From: Candidatus Fervidifonticultor primus
GTDB taxonomy: Bacteria > Sysuimicrobiota > Sysuimicrobiia > Sysuimicrobiales > Humicultoraceae
Direction of reading: 5' to 3'
NCBI GenBank assembly: GCA_031459855.1
Contig: JAVKHP010000001.1
Coordinates: forward strand, 1,424,429-1,488,428
Length of the DNA stretch: 64,000 nt
The notes beneath the pieces were generated by a model. That model had not been told where the DNA came from. It worked only from the letters and a program-made list of their open reading frames with translations, and made no database searches. The position numbers and the translations under genes are program-made. This document shows, one piece after another, positions 38,677-48,564 of this stretch (its first letter is position 1; every line of letters begins with the position of its first letter).

Positions 38677-41600
38677 ATGGCCACGATGAGCGGCACCGTC
38701 ACCTTCCTGTTCACGGACATCGAGGGATCGACGTTGGCGTGGCAGGATCTGGGGGACGCCGGGCACGTCGGCGTGCTGGCAGACTACCGCCGCCTGCTGC
38801 GCGAGGCCTGCGCCGAGTGCGGGGGCCGCGAGCTCGAGGCCCCGGGCGACGGCTTGCTCTTCGCCTTCCCGTGCGCCCTGGACGCACTGCTGGCGGCGGT
38901 GGCCGCGCAACGCCTCATCGCCCAGCACGCCTGGCCGGGGGGAGCCCGCGTCCGCGTGCGGATGGGATTGCACACCGGAGACCCGTTGCCGGCCGAGAGC
39001 GGCTACGCCGAGATCGACGTCCACCGCGCGGCCCGGATCTGTGCCGCGGCGCGCGGCGGGCAGATCCTGGCCTCCCAGACGACCTGCGACCTGGTGGCCG
39101 CGGGCCTGCCGGAGGGCATCGACGTGCGGGATCTCGGCGAGCACCGGCTGAAAGATCTCAAGCGGCCGCAGCGCCTCTTCCTGATCACCGCCGCCGATCT
39201 GCCCGCCGACTTCTCTCCGCCGGCGTCGTCCGGTGCCGCCCCCGACCCGCTCCGCCCAGCGCCCCTCCCCGCGCGGCCGACCCCGCTGATCGGGCGGGAC
39301 CGCGAGCTCTCGGCGGTGGTGCAGTCGATCCGCGCGGGCGTGAGACTGCTCACCCTCACCGGCGCGCCGGGTATCGGCAAGTCTCGCCTGGCGCTGGAAG
39401 CGGCGACCCGGTTGCAGGATGCGTTCGCGGGCGGGGTGGCGCTGGCGGATCTCGTGCCCGTCAGCGACCCCGGACGGATCGGCGCCGTGATCGCGCGTGC
39501 GCTGGGATTGGCGGATGCGGAGCAACCGCCGCTGGCGCGGGCCGCCGAGGCGCTGGGCGACCGCCCGTTCCTATTGGTCCTCGACAACGTCGAGCACCTG
39601 GTCGATGGCGCGCCGCAGGTGGCCGAGCTGCTGGCAGCGTGTGCAGGCCTGCAGATCCTGGCGACCAGCCGCGTGCCACTGCACCTGTCCTGGGAGCGGG
39701 AATTCCCCGTCCCGACGCTGCCGGTCCCTGATGCCGACGTCCCGGTGGCGGTGCCGGCGCTCGCCGCCTGCGCGTCGGTGGCGCTGTTCGTGTCCCGGGC
39801 CCAGGCGGTCATCCCGGACTTTGCGCTCTCCGAGGCCAACGCCCGCGCCGTGGCCGAGATCTGCCGCCGGCTCGATGGCCTCCCCCTGGCCATTGAGCTG
39901 GCCGCTCCCCGCGTGAAGCTGCTGCCCGTCCACACCGTCGCGCAGCGCCTGCAGCATCGCCTGGACTTCCTCCGCCGCATCGGCCGCGATCTGCCGGCGC
40001 GGCATCAGACGCTGCGGGCGGCGGTCGGCTGGAGCTACGCGCTGCTCCAGCCGCACGAGCAGGCCCTGCTGCGGCGGCTGGCCGTCTTCGTCGGCGGCTT
40101 CACCCTCGACGGCGTAGAGGCGGTGTGCTGGTCGTCTGATCAGCCGGGGGAGGCCGTGGACGCCCTGACGGCCCTTGTGGACGCCAGCCTCGTGGTGCGG
40201 GAGACCGACGAGGCACCTCGCTTCCGCATGCTGGAGACGATACGAGAGTTCGGCGTCGAGCAGCTCACCGCCACCGGGGAGCTGTCGCGGATCCAGCGCT
40301 ATCACGCCGCGTACTTCCTGGCGCTGGCCGAGCACGCGGCGGCCCGTCTGCATGGACCCGAGGAGAGGTTCTGGCTGGTCCTGCTCGAGCGGGAGCACGA
40401 CAACCTCCGTGCCGCGCTGGCCTGGGCCCTTGCACAGGGCGAGGGGCCGGCGGCCCTGCGGCTGGCCACCGCCCTGTGGTGGTTCTGGTACGTGCGGGGC
40501 TACCTGGAGGAGGGGCGCGCCTGCCTGGAACGCGCGTTGCGCGCGGCGGGCGCAGGGGACCCCCGGATCCGGGCGCGGGGGCTGCACGCCGCCGGCGTGC
40601 TGGCTTGGCGCCAGGGCGAGTTCGAGCGGGCCGCGGAGTACGGCGACGAGAGCCTGCGCATCCACCGCGACCTTGGGGACCGGTGGGGGATGGCCAACGC
40701 CCTGTTCCTGCAGGAGATGGTGGCGCGCTCCCACGGCGACTACGCCCGCGCGGCGGCGCTGATCGAAGAGAGCCTGGCCCTGTTCACCGAGGTGAACGAT
40801 CACTGGGGGGTTGCGACGTCCCTGCTCGGCGTGGCGACCATCCTGCGGCTGCGGGGGGACCACGAGCGGGCGGCGACCCTCCATGAGGAGAGCCTGCAGC
40901 GGTTCCGTCGGCTGCAGGACGACTCGGGGATCGCAGCCTCGCTGTACGCGCTGGGGATGGTCGAGCGCGAGCGCGGCAACATCGCGCGGGCGGCCGCGTT
41001 GAGCGAGGAGTCTCTCGCGGTCGCGCGACGGCTGAACGACGTCTCCCGCGAGGCGTTCGCCCGACACCTGCAGGGGCTGGTGGCCCGCGACCGCGGCGAG
41101 TACACCGGCGCCGCCGCCGCACTCGAGCACAGCCGCGTCCTGTTTCAGCAGATCGGCGACACCTGGGGAGTCGCCTACACGCTCGGCAGCCTGGGCACCG
41201 TCGCCCGCCTGCAGGGCGACCTTCCGGCTTCGGTGGCGCTGTTCAAGGACAGCCTGGCCCTGCGTGTCAGGGTCGGGGACCGGTGGGGCATCGCCGAATG
41301 CCTGGAAGGGCTGGCTGGCGTCGCCGCGGCCCAGGAACGCAGCGAGCAGGCCGCCCAGCTGTTTGCCGCCGCCGCGGCGCTGCGCGAGAGGCTGGGCACG
41401 CCGCTGGGACCGGCGGACCGACCTCGCCACGAGCGCAGCGTCGCCGCCGTCCGCGCGATGCTGGGGAAGCGGAGGTTCGACGCCGCCTGGCAGGCGGGCC
41501 AGACCTCGCCCGTGGACGTCCTGATCGGCGAGCTCCTGGCGGAGGAGCCTGAACCCGCCGCGACGCCTGCCCGACGGCGGGCACCCGGGCCGCTCTCCCC

Positions 41601-41796
41601 ACGGGAGCTGGAGGTGGCGGAGTTGATCGCCCGGGGGATGACGAACCAGGAGATCGCCCGCGCCCTGTACGTCAGCGCCGGCACGGTGGCCACCCACGTG
41701 CAGCACATCCTGAGCAAGTTGGGCTTTTCGTCCCGCGCCCAGATCGCGGCCTGGGCGGCCGCGCGAGGGGCACCCCGCGGGCCCGCCCCGGAGTAG
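38677..41796 (+). CDS. multidomain regulator: class III adenylyl/guanylyl cyclase domain + STAND/AAA ATPase + TPR repeats + C-terminal LuxR-type HTH
   Basis: ORF 38659..41796; cyclase start [13 protein letters not shown]; P-loop [11 protein letters not shown]; TPR-like repeats; C-terminal [36 protein letters not shown]; start ambiguous among GTG 38659, ATG 38677, ATG 38686. Confidence 0.85.
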   Translation: MATMSGTVTFLFTDIEGSTLAWQDLGDAGHVGVLADYRRLLREACAECGGRELEAPGDGLLFAFPCALDALLAAVAAQRLIAQHAWPGGARVRVRMGLHTGDPLPAESGYAEIDVHRAARICAAARGGQILASQTTCDLVAAGLPEGIDVRDLGEHRLKDLKRPQRLFLITAADLPADFSPPASSGAAPDPLRPAPLPARPTPLIGRDRELSAVVQSIRAGVRLLTLTGAPGIGKSRLALEAATRLQDAFAGGVALADLVPVSDPGRIGAVIARALGLADAEQPPLARAAEALGDRPFLLVLDNVEHLVDGAPQVAELLAACAGLQILATSRVPLHLSWEREFPVPTLPVPDADVPVAVPALAACASVALFVSRAQAVIPDFALSEANARAVAEICRRLDGLPLAIELAAPRVKLLPVHTVAQRLQHRLDFLRRIGRDLPARHQTLRAAVGWSYALLQPHEQALLRRLAVFVGGFTLDGVEAVCWSSDQPGEAVDALTALVDASLVVRETDEAPRFRMLETIREFGVEQLTATGELSRIQRYHAAYFLALAEHAAARLHGPEERFWLVLLEREHDNLRAALAWALAQGEGPAALRLATALWWFWYVRGYLEEGRACLERALRAAGAGDPRIRARGLHAAGVLAWRQGEFERAAEYGDESLRIHRDLGDRWGMANALFLQEMVARSHGDYARAAALIEESLALFTEVNDHWGVATSLLGVATILRLRGDHERAATLHEESLQRFRRLQDDSGIAASLYALGMVERERGNIARAAALSEESLAVARRLNDVSREAFARHLQGLVARDRGEYTGAAAALEHSRVLFQQIGDTWGVAYTLGSLGTVARLQGDLPASVALFKDSLALRVRVGDRWGIAECLEGLAGVAAAQERSEQAAQLFAAAAALRERLGTPLGPADRPRHERSVAAVRAMLGKRRFDAAWQAGQTSPVDVLIGELLAEEPEPAATPARRRAPGPLSPRELEVAELIARGMTNQEIARALYVSAGTVATHVQHILSKLGFSSRAQIAAWAAARGAPRGPAPE

Positions 41797-41810
41797 CCCG
41801 AGAATCTGCG

Positions 41811-41839
41811 GCCGCATCTACTGTCTTGTAGATGTCGGC
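41811..41839 (+). terminator. AT-containing hairpin immediately after the regulator stop (possible terminator or operator)
   Basis: gccgCATCTACtgtcttGTAGATGtcggc inverted repeat, no T-run. Confidence 0.3.
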
Positions 41840-41891
41840 GGCGGCGTCGGCCGGTAGGATGAGGGCAATTCGGACAGGGAGGTGGAGGGAC

Positions 41892-42158
41892 ATGAAAGTC
41901 TACATGGCCGATCGGGACCTCCCGGGGATCACCCTGGAGCAGCTCGCGGACGCCCAGCGCCGGGCCATCGAGACCAGCCGCCGGTTCACCCAGGAGGGGA
42001 AGCCGGTCCGCTACATCCGGAGCACGTTTGTGCCCGGCGAGTCCCACGTCATGTGCCTGTTCGAGGCCGCCAGCGCTGCGCTGGTCGAAGAGGTGAATCG
42101 GGCCGCCGGCATTCCCTTCGTCCGGGTCGTCGAAGCGCTCGACCTCACGCCCCGGTAA
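41892..42158 (+). CDS. DUF4242 family small protein
   Basis: ORF 41832..42158 trimmed to MKVYMADRDLPGITLEQLADAQ... with GGAGGTGGAGGG RBS; DUF4242-like sequence. Confidence 0.65.
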   Translation: MKVYMADRDLPGITLEQLADAQRRAIETSRRFTQEGKPVRYIRSTFVPGESHVMCLFEAASAALVEEVNRAAGIPFVRVVEALDLTPR

Positions 42159-42180
42159 CGCTTTCCACCTGCCGGCTCCA

Positions 42181-42211
42181 GGAGACGGGACGCGATTCCC
42201 GTCCCGTCTCC
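42181..42211. terminator. strong bidirectional stem-loop between convergent genes
   Basis: GGAGACGGGACG-cgattc-CGTCCCGTCTCC, 12-bp perfect stem, followed by tgtgctgtc on the plus strand. Confidence 0.6.
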
Positions 42212-42245
42212 TGTGCTGTCGGGGGTGGCGGTCCCCGGGAGAGCC

Positions 42246-42815
42246 CTACGGCAGCAGCCGCGCGCGATGCGGCGGCCAGTAGATGAGGATCGCCGGGCCG
42301 ACGATCTGCTCCCGCCGCAGGAACCCGAAGACCCGGGAGTCCTCGCTGTTGTTCCGGTTGTCCCCCAGCACGAAGTAGCTGTCGGGCGGCACCACCTCCG
42401 GGCCCCAATCCCCGGTCGGCGGGCCCTGGATGCCGTTGAGGTAGACCTCCTCGACCGGCCGATCGTCGACCAGCAGCTGCCCCGCCCGAATCTCGACGCG
42501 GGCGCCGGGGCCCGCCACGAGCCGCTTGATGTAGTTGCGGGTCGGATCGCGCGGGTAGCGGAGCACCACCACGTCGCCGGGGCGCGGGGCGCGGAGCCGG
42601 TAGACCAGCTTGTTGACCAGCACGCGGTCGTGCGGGAGCAGCGTGGGTTCCATCGAGGACTGCTCGACCTGGTAGGCCTGCGCCACCGACGTCATCACCA
42701 GCTGCGCGAGGACGACGGCCACCAGCACGATGGCCAGCACGTCGCGCGCCCCGCGCACGGTGCGACGGAGCGCCTCCCACGCCCGGGCGGCCTGCAACTG
42801 CGGGATGGTCCTCAT
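42246..42815 (-). CDS. lepB: signal peptidase I
   Basis: ORF 42246..42971 trimmed to MRTIPQLQAA... (GCGGAGGA RBS); catalytic Ser box SMEPTL, Lys box YIKRLVAGPGA, GDNRNNSEDSR box; the longer ORF would overlap the tRNA. Confidence 0.85.
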   Translation of the reverse strand: MRTIPQLQAARAWEALRRTVRGARDVLAIVLVAVVLAQLVMTSVAQAYQVEQSSMEPTLLPHDRVLVNKLVYRLRAPRPGDVVVLRYPRDPTRNYIKRLVAGPGARVEIRAGQLLVDDRPVEEVYLNGIQGPPTGDWGPEVVPPDSYFVLGDNRNNSEDSRVFGFLRREQIVGPAILIYWPPHRARLLP

Positions 42816-42943
42816 GCGTCCTCCGCGTCCGTCGGTCCGCGTCGGTGGGAGCGCGCCCTCATCGGCGTCGGCCGGGCGGCCTGCCACCGCGCCGGGCCTC
42901 CCCCGACGTCGTCGCGTGCCCCTGGGGCCGAACCGACGTACGG

Positions 42944-43038
42944 TGGCGGAGGGGGTGGGATTCGAACCCACGAGGCAGGCTCGACGCCCACCTACACGCT
43001 CTCCAGGCGTGCCGATTCAACCGCTCTCGCACCCCTCC
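42944..43038 (-). tRNA. tRNA-Ser(GGA): tRNA-Ser (anticodon GGA)
   Basis: Hand-folded: acceptor GGAGGGG/CCCCTCC, D-arm CGA-GAGCGGTTGAA-TCG, anticodon loop CTGGAGA, long variable arm, T-arm GTGGG-TTCGAAT-CCCAC, discriminator G, encoded CCA. Confidence 0.8.
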
Positions 43039-43146
43039 GCGGTCGTCTTTCAGTATAGCGTGCGCGCATGCGCACCGACCAGGTGGGCTGGCGGCGCACT
43101 GAACGGGGTTGGTGACCGGACACAGGCCGCCGCCGCGTCCGGGACA

Positions 43147-43860
43147 TCATGGCGCCGACGGACCACTGAGCTCGCCGGACGCGCCGGGCTCCGGGGGCAC
43201 GAACCGGTAGCCGAACCCGCGCACGGTGACGATCACCTTCGGCTGGCCGGGGTGCTCCTCGATCTTGGCCCGCAGCATGTGCACGTACTTCTTCACGTCC
43301 TCGGCGGCTGCGTCGTCGCGGTCGGGCCAGACCGCCGCCACGATCTCGTCGGTCGAGAACACCTTCCCGGGGCGCGCGGCCAGCAGCCGGAGCAGCTCGT
43401 ACTCCTTGGGCGACAGCACCACCGGCCGGCCCCGCACCACCACCTCTTTGCGTTCGTCGTCCAGCGTCAGCGCACCGGCGCGGATCAGCCGGGGCGCGGT
43501 GGGGTAGGCCCGCCGGGCGACGGCGGTGATCCGGGCGTCCAGCTCGCGCAGATCGAACGGCTTGGTGATGTAGTCGTCCGCGCCCAGGTCCAGACCGGCC
43601 ACCTTGTCCTGCGGCGTGTCGTGGACCGTGACCATGATGACCGGGACCCGGCTGACCTTGCGCACCGCCTCCAGCACGCGCCAGCCGTCCATGACCGGCA
43701 GGTTCACGTCCAGCAGCACGAGCTCGGGGTCGTGGGCCGCCACCGCCGCCAGGGCGCGGCCGCCATCGTCCGCGGTGATCACCTGGTGCCCCTTGGCGGT
43801 GAGGTAGCGCACCAGGAGGTCGCGCGAGCGCGCGTCGTCCTCGACGACCAGGATCCTCAT
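43147..43860 (-). CDS. two-component response regulator, OmpR/PhoB family
   Basis: ORF 43147..44280 trimmed to MRILVVEDDARSRD...; receiver domain plus winged-helix (VRGFGYRF); ATGA overlap with upstream kinase stop. Confidence 0.85.
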   Translation of the reverse strand: MRILVVEDDARSRDLLVRYLTAKGHQVITADDGGRALAAVAAHDPELVLLDVNLPVMDGWRVLEAVRKVSRVPVIMVTVHDTPQDKVAGLDLGADDYITKPFDLRELDARITAVARRAYPTAPRLIRAGALTLDDERKEVVVRGRPVVLSPKEYELLRLLAARPGKVFSTDEIVAAVWPDRDDAAAEDVKKYVHMLRAKIEEHPGQPKVIVTVRGFGYRFVPPEPGASGELSGPSAP

Positions 43861-45296
43861 GCCGTCCTCCCCCGGGGCAGAGCGACGTAGAACGTCGTCC
43901 CGCCCTGCGGACCGCTCTCGAACCAGATGCGGCCGTCCAGCAGTTCCACGTACCGGCGGACCACGGCCAGGCCCAGCCCGATGCCGTCCACCTCGCGGCG
44001 GGCCGCGTCGCCCGCGCGCCGAAACGGTTCGAACACCGTGGCGGCGTCCTCGGGGGCGATGCCGGGGCCGGTGTCGGCGACGCTGAAGACCACCTGGCCG
44101 TCGGCGGGCGCAACGCCCACCGTGATGCTCCCCCGGGCGGTGTACTTGATGGCGTTGTGCAGGAGGTTGATCAGGATCTGCCGCAGCATCGTCTCGTCGG
44201 CGCGCGCCGTCACCGTGCCGTCGATGCGGGTCTCGATGCCGAGGCCCTTGGCGCGGGCCAGGTGGGCCACGTTCTGACACGCCTGCTCGACGACCCCGGC
44301 CGCGGGCACGTCGGCCAGCTGCGGGGTGATGCCGCCCGCCTCCAGCGCCGAGTAGCGCAGGATCGCCTCGATGAGGTGGAGCAGGTGGTCCCCGGCCGCG
44401 TGGATCGCCTCCAGGTCGCGGCGCTGGGCGTCGGTGAGCGGGCCGTCGATGCCCTCCAGCATGAGCTGGGCATAGGCGCGGATGGCGTGCAGCGGCGTCT
44501 TGAGCTCGTGGCTCATGGCTGCCGAGAACTCGTCCTTGATGCGGTTGGCCCGGCGCAGGGCCTCGTTGACCCGGGCCAGCTCCCGGTCGCGCGCCTCGAT
44601 GGCGGCGGCCATGGCGTTGAACTCCTCCGCCAGCAGCTGCAGCTCGTCGCGGGTCGTCGCCTGCACGCGGGCGGCGTAGTTGCCGCGGCGCACGTCGCGA
44701 ATGCCCGCGGCCAGCCGCTCCACCGGGCCCAGGATCGCCCGCGACAGCCCCACGGCGGCCAGCGTGCCCGCGGCCAGCAGCAGCGCCCCGGCCAGCGCGA
44801 TCATGCGCGTCTCCCGCCGGATGGCGCGGGCGACGTCCGAGAGCGGAAACCCCACGCGGACGAAGACCTGCCGCTCCAGCGGGAACTCGGGGACGGCCCG
44901 CAGGAGGTCGAGGTAGGGCGTGCCCGAGGGCGAGCGGCGCATGTAGATCGCCATCGGGCGGTCCAGCGGCGGGACGGCGACGGCCAGATCGGCGCGCCCG
45001 TCGGTGAACTGCAGGCGGCCGTCGCGGTAGATCTGCGCGTACAACACGGTCCCGGCCACCAGCCGGCGCGTGAGGCGGCTGCTGGTGGGCCCGGGCGTCA
45101 GGCCTTCCGGGGTGCGCAGGAACGACGACGCTTCGCGCGCCAGCTCTTCGGCCACCACCTTGGCCCGCAGCCGCACCTGCTCGCCAAGCGCGGCGCGCAG
45201 GCGCGAGGCCGCCAGCACTCCGAAGACCGCCGCGAACAGCGCGGCCAGCCCGACGAAGGCCAGCAGGAACTTGCGCCGCAGGCCAGGCCCGCTCAC
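43857..45296 (-). CDS. two-component sensor histidine kinase (TM + HAMP + HisKA + HATPase_c)
   Basis: ORF 43857..45791; H-box FSAAMSHELKTPL, N/G boxes; start set at GTG 45296 (MSGPGLRRKFLLAFVGLAALFAAV TM helix); start uncertain. Confidence 0.75.
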   Translation of the reverse strand: MSGPGLRRKFLLAFVGLAALFAAVFGVLAASRLRAALGEQVRLRAKVVAEELAREASSFLRTPEGLTPGPTSSRLTRRLVAGTVLYAQIYRDGRLQFTDGRADLAVAVPPLDRPMAIYMRRSPSGTPYLDLLRAVPEFPLERQVFVRVGFPLSDVARAIRRETRMIALAGALLLAAGTLAAVGLSRAILGPVERLAAGIRDVRRGNYAARVQATTRDELQLLAEEFNAMAAAIEARDRELARVNEALRRANRIKDEFSAAMSHELKTPLHAIRAYAQLMLEGIDGPLTDAQRRDLEAIHAAGDHLLHLIEAILRYSALEAGGITPQLADVPAAGVVEQACQNVAHLARAKGLGIETRIDGTVTARADETMLRQILINLLHNAIKYTARGSITVGVAPADGQVVFSVADTGPGIAPEDAATVFEPFRRAGDAARREVDGIGLGLAVVRRYVELLDGRIWFESGPQGGTTFYVALPRGRTA

Positions 45297-45530
45297 GTCA
45301 AGATCTATAGTACCCCAATCGCTGCAGAGTACGCCGTGGCCGCACGATACGCCGGCGCCCCGGCGGCACCGTGCAGCCGTCGGCACGCTGCCAGGCGCCG
45401 ACGCGCGTCTCCGACACTGGCACGAACGCGGGCGGCGCGCCGGCTGGCGCGCCGCCCGGGGGCATATGATGCACGGGCACAGGCGATCTATCCGCAGCGG
45501 CGCAGGGGTTCTTCGCGCCGCGTGCCCGCG

Positions 45531-45666
45531 CCGTCTCCTTACGCCGTCCTCCGCTCCGTATCCGTCTCTGGGGTACCAGAGCGAAGCGGTGCGAAGGCAG
45601 CGGTTTGCCGTCTCCTTACGCCGTCTTCCGCTCCGTACCCCGTCTTCCGCTCCGTACCCCGTCTCC
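45531..45666. repeat. 38-bp direct repeats (2 full copies + 1 partial) in kinase upstream region
   Basis: ccgtctccttacgccgtcctccgctccgtatccgtctc (45531) and ccgtctccttacgccgtcttccgctccgtaccccgtct (45608) followed by tccgctccgtaccccgtctcc. Confidence 0.75.
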
Positions 45667-46593
45667 CTAGCGGTCGATCGCGATCTGGACGATCTTCTTC
45701 GCCGTCTCGAGGGTGCGCACCACCGCCTGCATGAGCTGCGCTGCCTCGTCGGAGACCCGCGCGGTCTGCACGTCGCCCTCCAGCCCGCCACCGCCGCCGG
45801 CTGGCTGCGTCCGCGCCGCGAGGGTCAGGGCTTCGGCTGCCTGCCGGATCGCGCGGTCGACGAGCTGCTGGGCCTGCTCCTCCGGCCGCATCCCGCGGGT
45901 GCCTAGCACGCCGCTGGGTCCGACCGTCGCGGAGAGGTCCAGCGCTGGCTGCGCGGGCTGTGGGGTCGTGGTCTCGGGGGCGGTCCCTGCCTGGGCGAGC
46001 TCGGCCACCTTCCTGGCCGCCGCCTCGGTCCGGCGCTGCATCGCCGCGATCCACTGGACCTCGGCCGCCTCGCGGACCACCCGGGCCTGGATCAGCAGGG
46101 GCCGGACGCCCTTGTAGGTGTTGGGATCTCCGGCGATCAGCCGGAACTGGGGCTCCCCGGCCCCCGCAAGCAGGTTCACCGACTCCTGGATGTGCCGCTG
46201 CTGCGCCGCCGCGTCCACCGCCACGACCGCGAGCTTGGCTTCGTGGAGCGCGCGGTCGAGCTCGGCCATGGCCTGCATCAGGGGGGTCTTGTCCACGACC
46301 AGTTCGGGCAGCGGTTCGTCCTTCTCTTCTTCGACCTGCGTCGGCACCTGACCCGTGGTCGCCTCCTGCTGCTGCGGCTTGGGGGGCTCGCTCTGGGCGA
46401 CGACGGTCTTGCGGACCTCCGGCGCAAGGGCGGGCGCCTGGGGGGCGGGCGCATCGGCTGCGACCGGCGCGATCACGGTCTCCTCGGCCGGCGGCGCGAC
46501 CTCGTCGAGCGGATGCGTGTAGATGTGCGTGAACGCCAGTGACGCCGTGGCCAGGATCGTCACCGGCACCAGCGCCAGCAGGAATCGCTTCAC
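45667..46593 (-). CDS. hypothetical membrane-anchored/secreted protein (N-terminal signal-anchor, Pro/Ala/Gln-rich linker, helical C-terminal domain)
   Basis: 308-aa ORF; GTG start with GGAGG 8 nt upstream; MKRFLLALVPVTILATASLAF hydrophobic N-terminus; no family recognised. Confidence 0.55.
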   Translation of the reverse strand: MKRFLLALVPVTILATASLAFTHIYTHPLDEVAPPAEETVIAPVAADAPAPQAPALAPEVRKTVVAQSEPPKPQQQEATTGQVPTQVEEEKDEPLPELVVDKTPLMQAMAELDRALHEAKLAVVAVDAAAQQRHIQESVNLLAGAGEPQFRLIAGDPNTYKGVRPLLIQARVVREAAEVQWIAAMQRRTEAAARKVAELAQAGTAPETTTPQPAQPALDLSATVGPSGVLGTRGMRPEEQAQQLVDRAIRQAAEALTLAARTQPAGGGGGLEGDVQTARVSDEAAQLMQAVVRTLETAKKIVQIAIDR

Positions 46594-46880
46594 CGTGACA
46601 CCTCCGGGGATTCAGGATCGTTCCCGTCTTTCTTATAAGGGTGCCAGCCGGCCGGGCGCCCGACCATGGTAGGGCCGTTCCCGGAAGGTGGAAATTCGGT
46701 CAGCGGCCCCGGACGGTCGAGGTCGTGGGGACCCCAGACGACCACGGAGCGGGACGTCCGGACGCTGCCACGACGTGCGGTCTCCGCGGCGCCGCTGACG
46801 GGCAGACGATGGCGGCGCCCACGTGCCCGCGCGCACCATGCGACACCAGGATCCCTGCGGAATCGGTAACGCCCGGACGA

Positions 46881-46970
46881 TGGCGGAGGAGGTGGGATTT
46901 GAACCCACGAGGCGCGCATGCGCCCAACGGTTTTCGAGACCGTCCGGGTACCGGGCTCCCGAACTCCTCC
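46881..46970 (-). tRNA. tRNA-Ser(CGA): tRNA-Ser (anticodon CGA)
   Basis: Hand-folded: acceptor GGAGGAG/CTCCTCC, anticodon stem ACGGT/ACCGT with loop CTCGAAA, long variable arm, T-arm GTGGG-TTCAAAT-CCCAC, encoded CCA. Confidence 0.8.
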
Positions 46971-47036
46971 AACGTCTCAATGTACCATGTCGCGGCCCTT
47001 GACGCCATGCGAGCCGGTGCGGTGTAATCCTGAACC

Positions 47037-48206
47037 GTGCCGTTCCCCATCCTCGCCAACCTCGTCGTCCTGCTGGTGGTCCTGGCGGGCCCGTTCCTCT
47101 CCCGCCGGATCGAGCAGAACCTCGAGGCATTCCTGTTCGTCGCCGGCGTGGCCTCGGCCCTGGCGTCGGGGGTGCTCACGGTGCCCCTGATCGGTGAGGC
47201 GCTGCGCCATCCGCTGCCGATCACCGCAGCGGTCTTCGGGTTCGGCCTGCTCTTCCTGTGGGCGCGCACCCACGTGGGGCAGGCCGTCGACTGGGCCCAG
47301 GCCCGGATCGGCGCCGGCGCCCTCGTGGCGGTGGCCACCGTGGGGCTGGGGCTGGCCGCGAGTGTCGTCACGGCGATCATCGCCTCGCTGGTGCTCGTGG
47401 AGTTCATCTCGGCCCTGCGCCTGCCCCGGCGCACCGAGACCCGCATCGTGGTGTTCGCCTGCTTCGCCATCGGCCTGGGCGCCGCGCTCACGCCGGTCGG
47501 CGAGCCGCTGTCGACCATCGCCACGGCCAAGCTCCGGCAGGAGTTCTGGTTCCTGCTGCGGCTGCTGGGGCCCTACGTCGTCCCGGGCGTGGTGGCGCTG
47601 GGAGTGCTGGCGCGCGTGGCAGCGCGGGACGCCGTGCGGGGCGCGGGCGACGCCGCATCGACCGGTGCGCCGGGCGCACCGCTCGCAGACGCGCCGGGCG
47701 CCTCCGGGACCCCCGACGCCCCCCTGGCCTCGGCAGCGGGCGCGTCGCCCGACGCCCTCCCAGCCCCCGCAGCGGGCGCGTCGCCCGACGCCTCCCTGAT
47801 CGCGTCGCCTGCGGTCGAGTCGGTGCGCACCGTGGTGGTCCGGGCCGCCCGCGTCTACCTCTTCGTGGTGGCGCTCACGCTGCTGGGGGAAGGGTTCCGG
47901 CCGGTGATCGAGGCGTACGTGATCGGCCTCGACGCGCGCGTGCTCTACTGGATCAACATGGTCTCGGCCGTGCTGGACAACGCGACGCTGACAGCCGCCG
48001 AGGTCGACGCGCGCATGAGCGCCCGGCAGGTCCAGGCCGTGCTCATGGGGCTGCTGGTCAGCGGTGGGATGCTGATCCCCGGCAACATCCCCAACATCGT
48101 CGCCGCGGGGCGCCTGGGGATCGGGAGCCGCCAGTGGGCGCAAGTGGCGGTGCCGGTGGGCGCCGCGCTCCTCGTGCTCTACTACGTCGTCCTGTTCGTG
48201 CTGTAA
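47037..48206 (+). CDS. DUF1646 family polytopic membrane protein
   Basis: 389-aa hydrophobic ORF with central Ala/Pro/Asp-rich loop; GTG start. Confidence 0.65.
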   Translation: MPFPILANLVVLLVVLAGPFLSRRIEQNLEAFLFVAGVASALASGVLTVPLIGEALRHPLPITAAVFGFGLLFLWARTHVGQAVDWAQARIGAGALVAVATVGLGLAASVVTAIIASLVLVEFISALRLPRRTETRIVVFACFAIGLGAALTPVGEPLSTIATAKLRQEFWFLLRLLGPYVVPGVVALGVLARVAARDAVRGAGDAASTGAPGAPLADAPGASGTPDAPLASAAGASPDALPAPAAGASPDASLIASPAVESVRTVVVRAARVYLFVVALTLLGEGFRPVIEAYVIGLDARVLYWINMVSAVLDNATLTAAEVDARMSARQVQAVLMGLLVSGGMLIPGNIPNIVAAGRLGIGSRQWAQVAVPVGAALLVLYYVVLFVL

Positions 48207-48564
48207 ACGACAAACGACCGGAGACTGCACCACGCGGCCGGCCGCTGGCGTGGTGGCCGCGGGTGGCAGCCCCGGTACCGGCACCGGGGCTGCGATGTCC
48301 CGCAGGACGCAATAGCGGCACGACGACATCGGAGGCCACACGGCGCCGAAGGCTGCGCGCCGGCGCAGGCCGAACCCCTCCAGCGGCGGTGCGGGACAGG
48401 ACGCGGGGCGCGTTCGCGGGCGCGCCGCCGGGGCCGACCCCGTGGTGCGTCGTCGGGGGTGCCAGAGGGCGCCCCGTCGGCGTCGACTACGGCGCCCCGG
48501 CACGTGGGCGGCAGGTGGAGGACGTGCGGTGCGTCGGAGGACGTGCCGTCGGGGAGGGACGACG

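Noticed and set aside
42944-46970. tRNA-flanked genomic island / integrative element
   Set aside because: No integrase, excisionase, transposase or phage genes; no obvious duplicated tRNA 3' end; GC content and codon style match the surroundings. Kept as a low-level finding rather than a mobile-element call.
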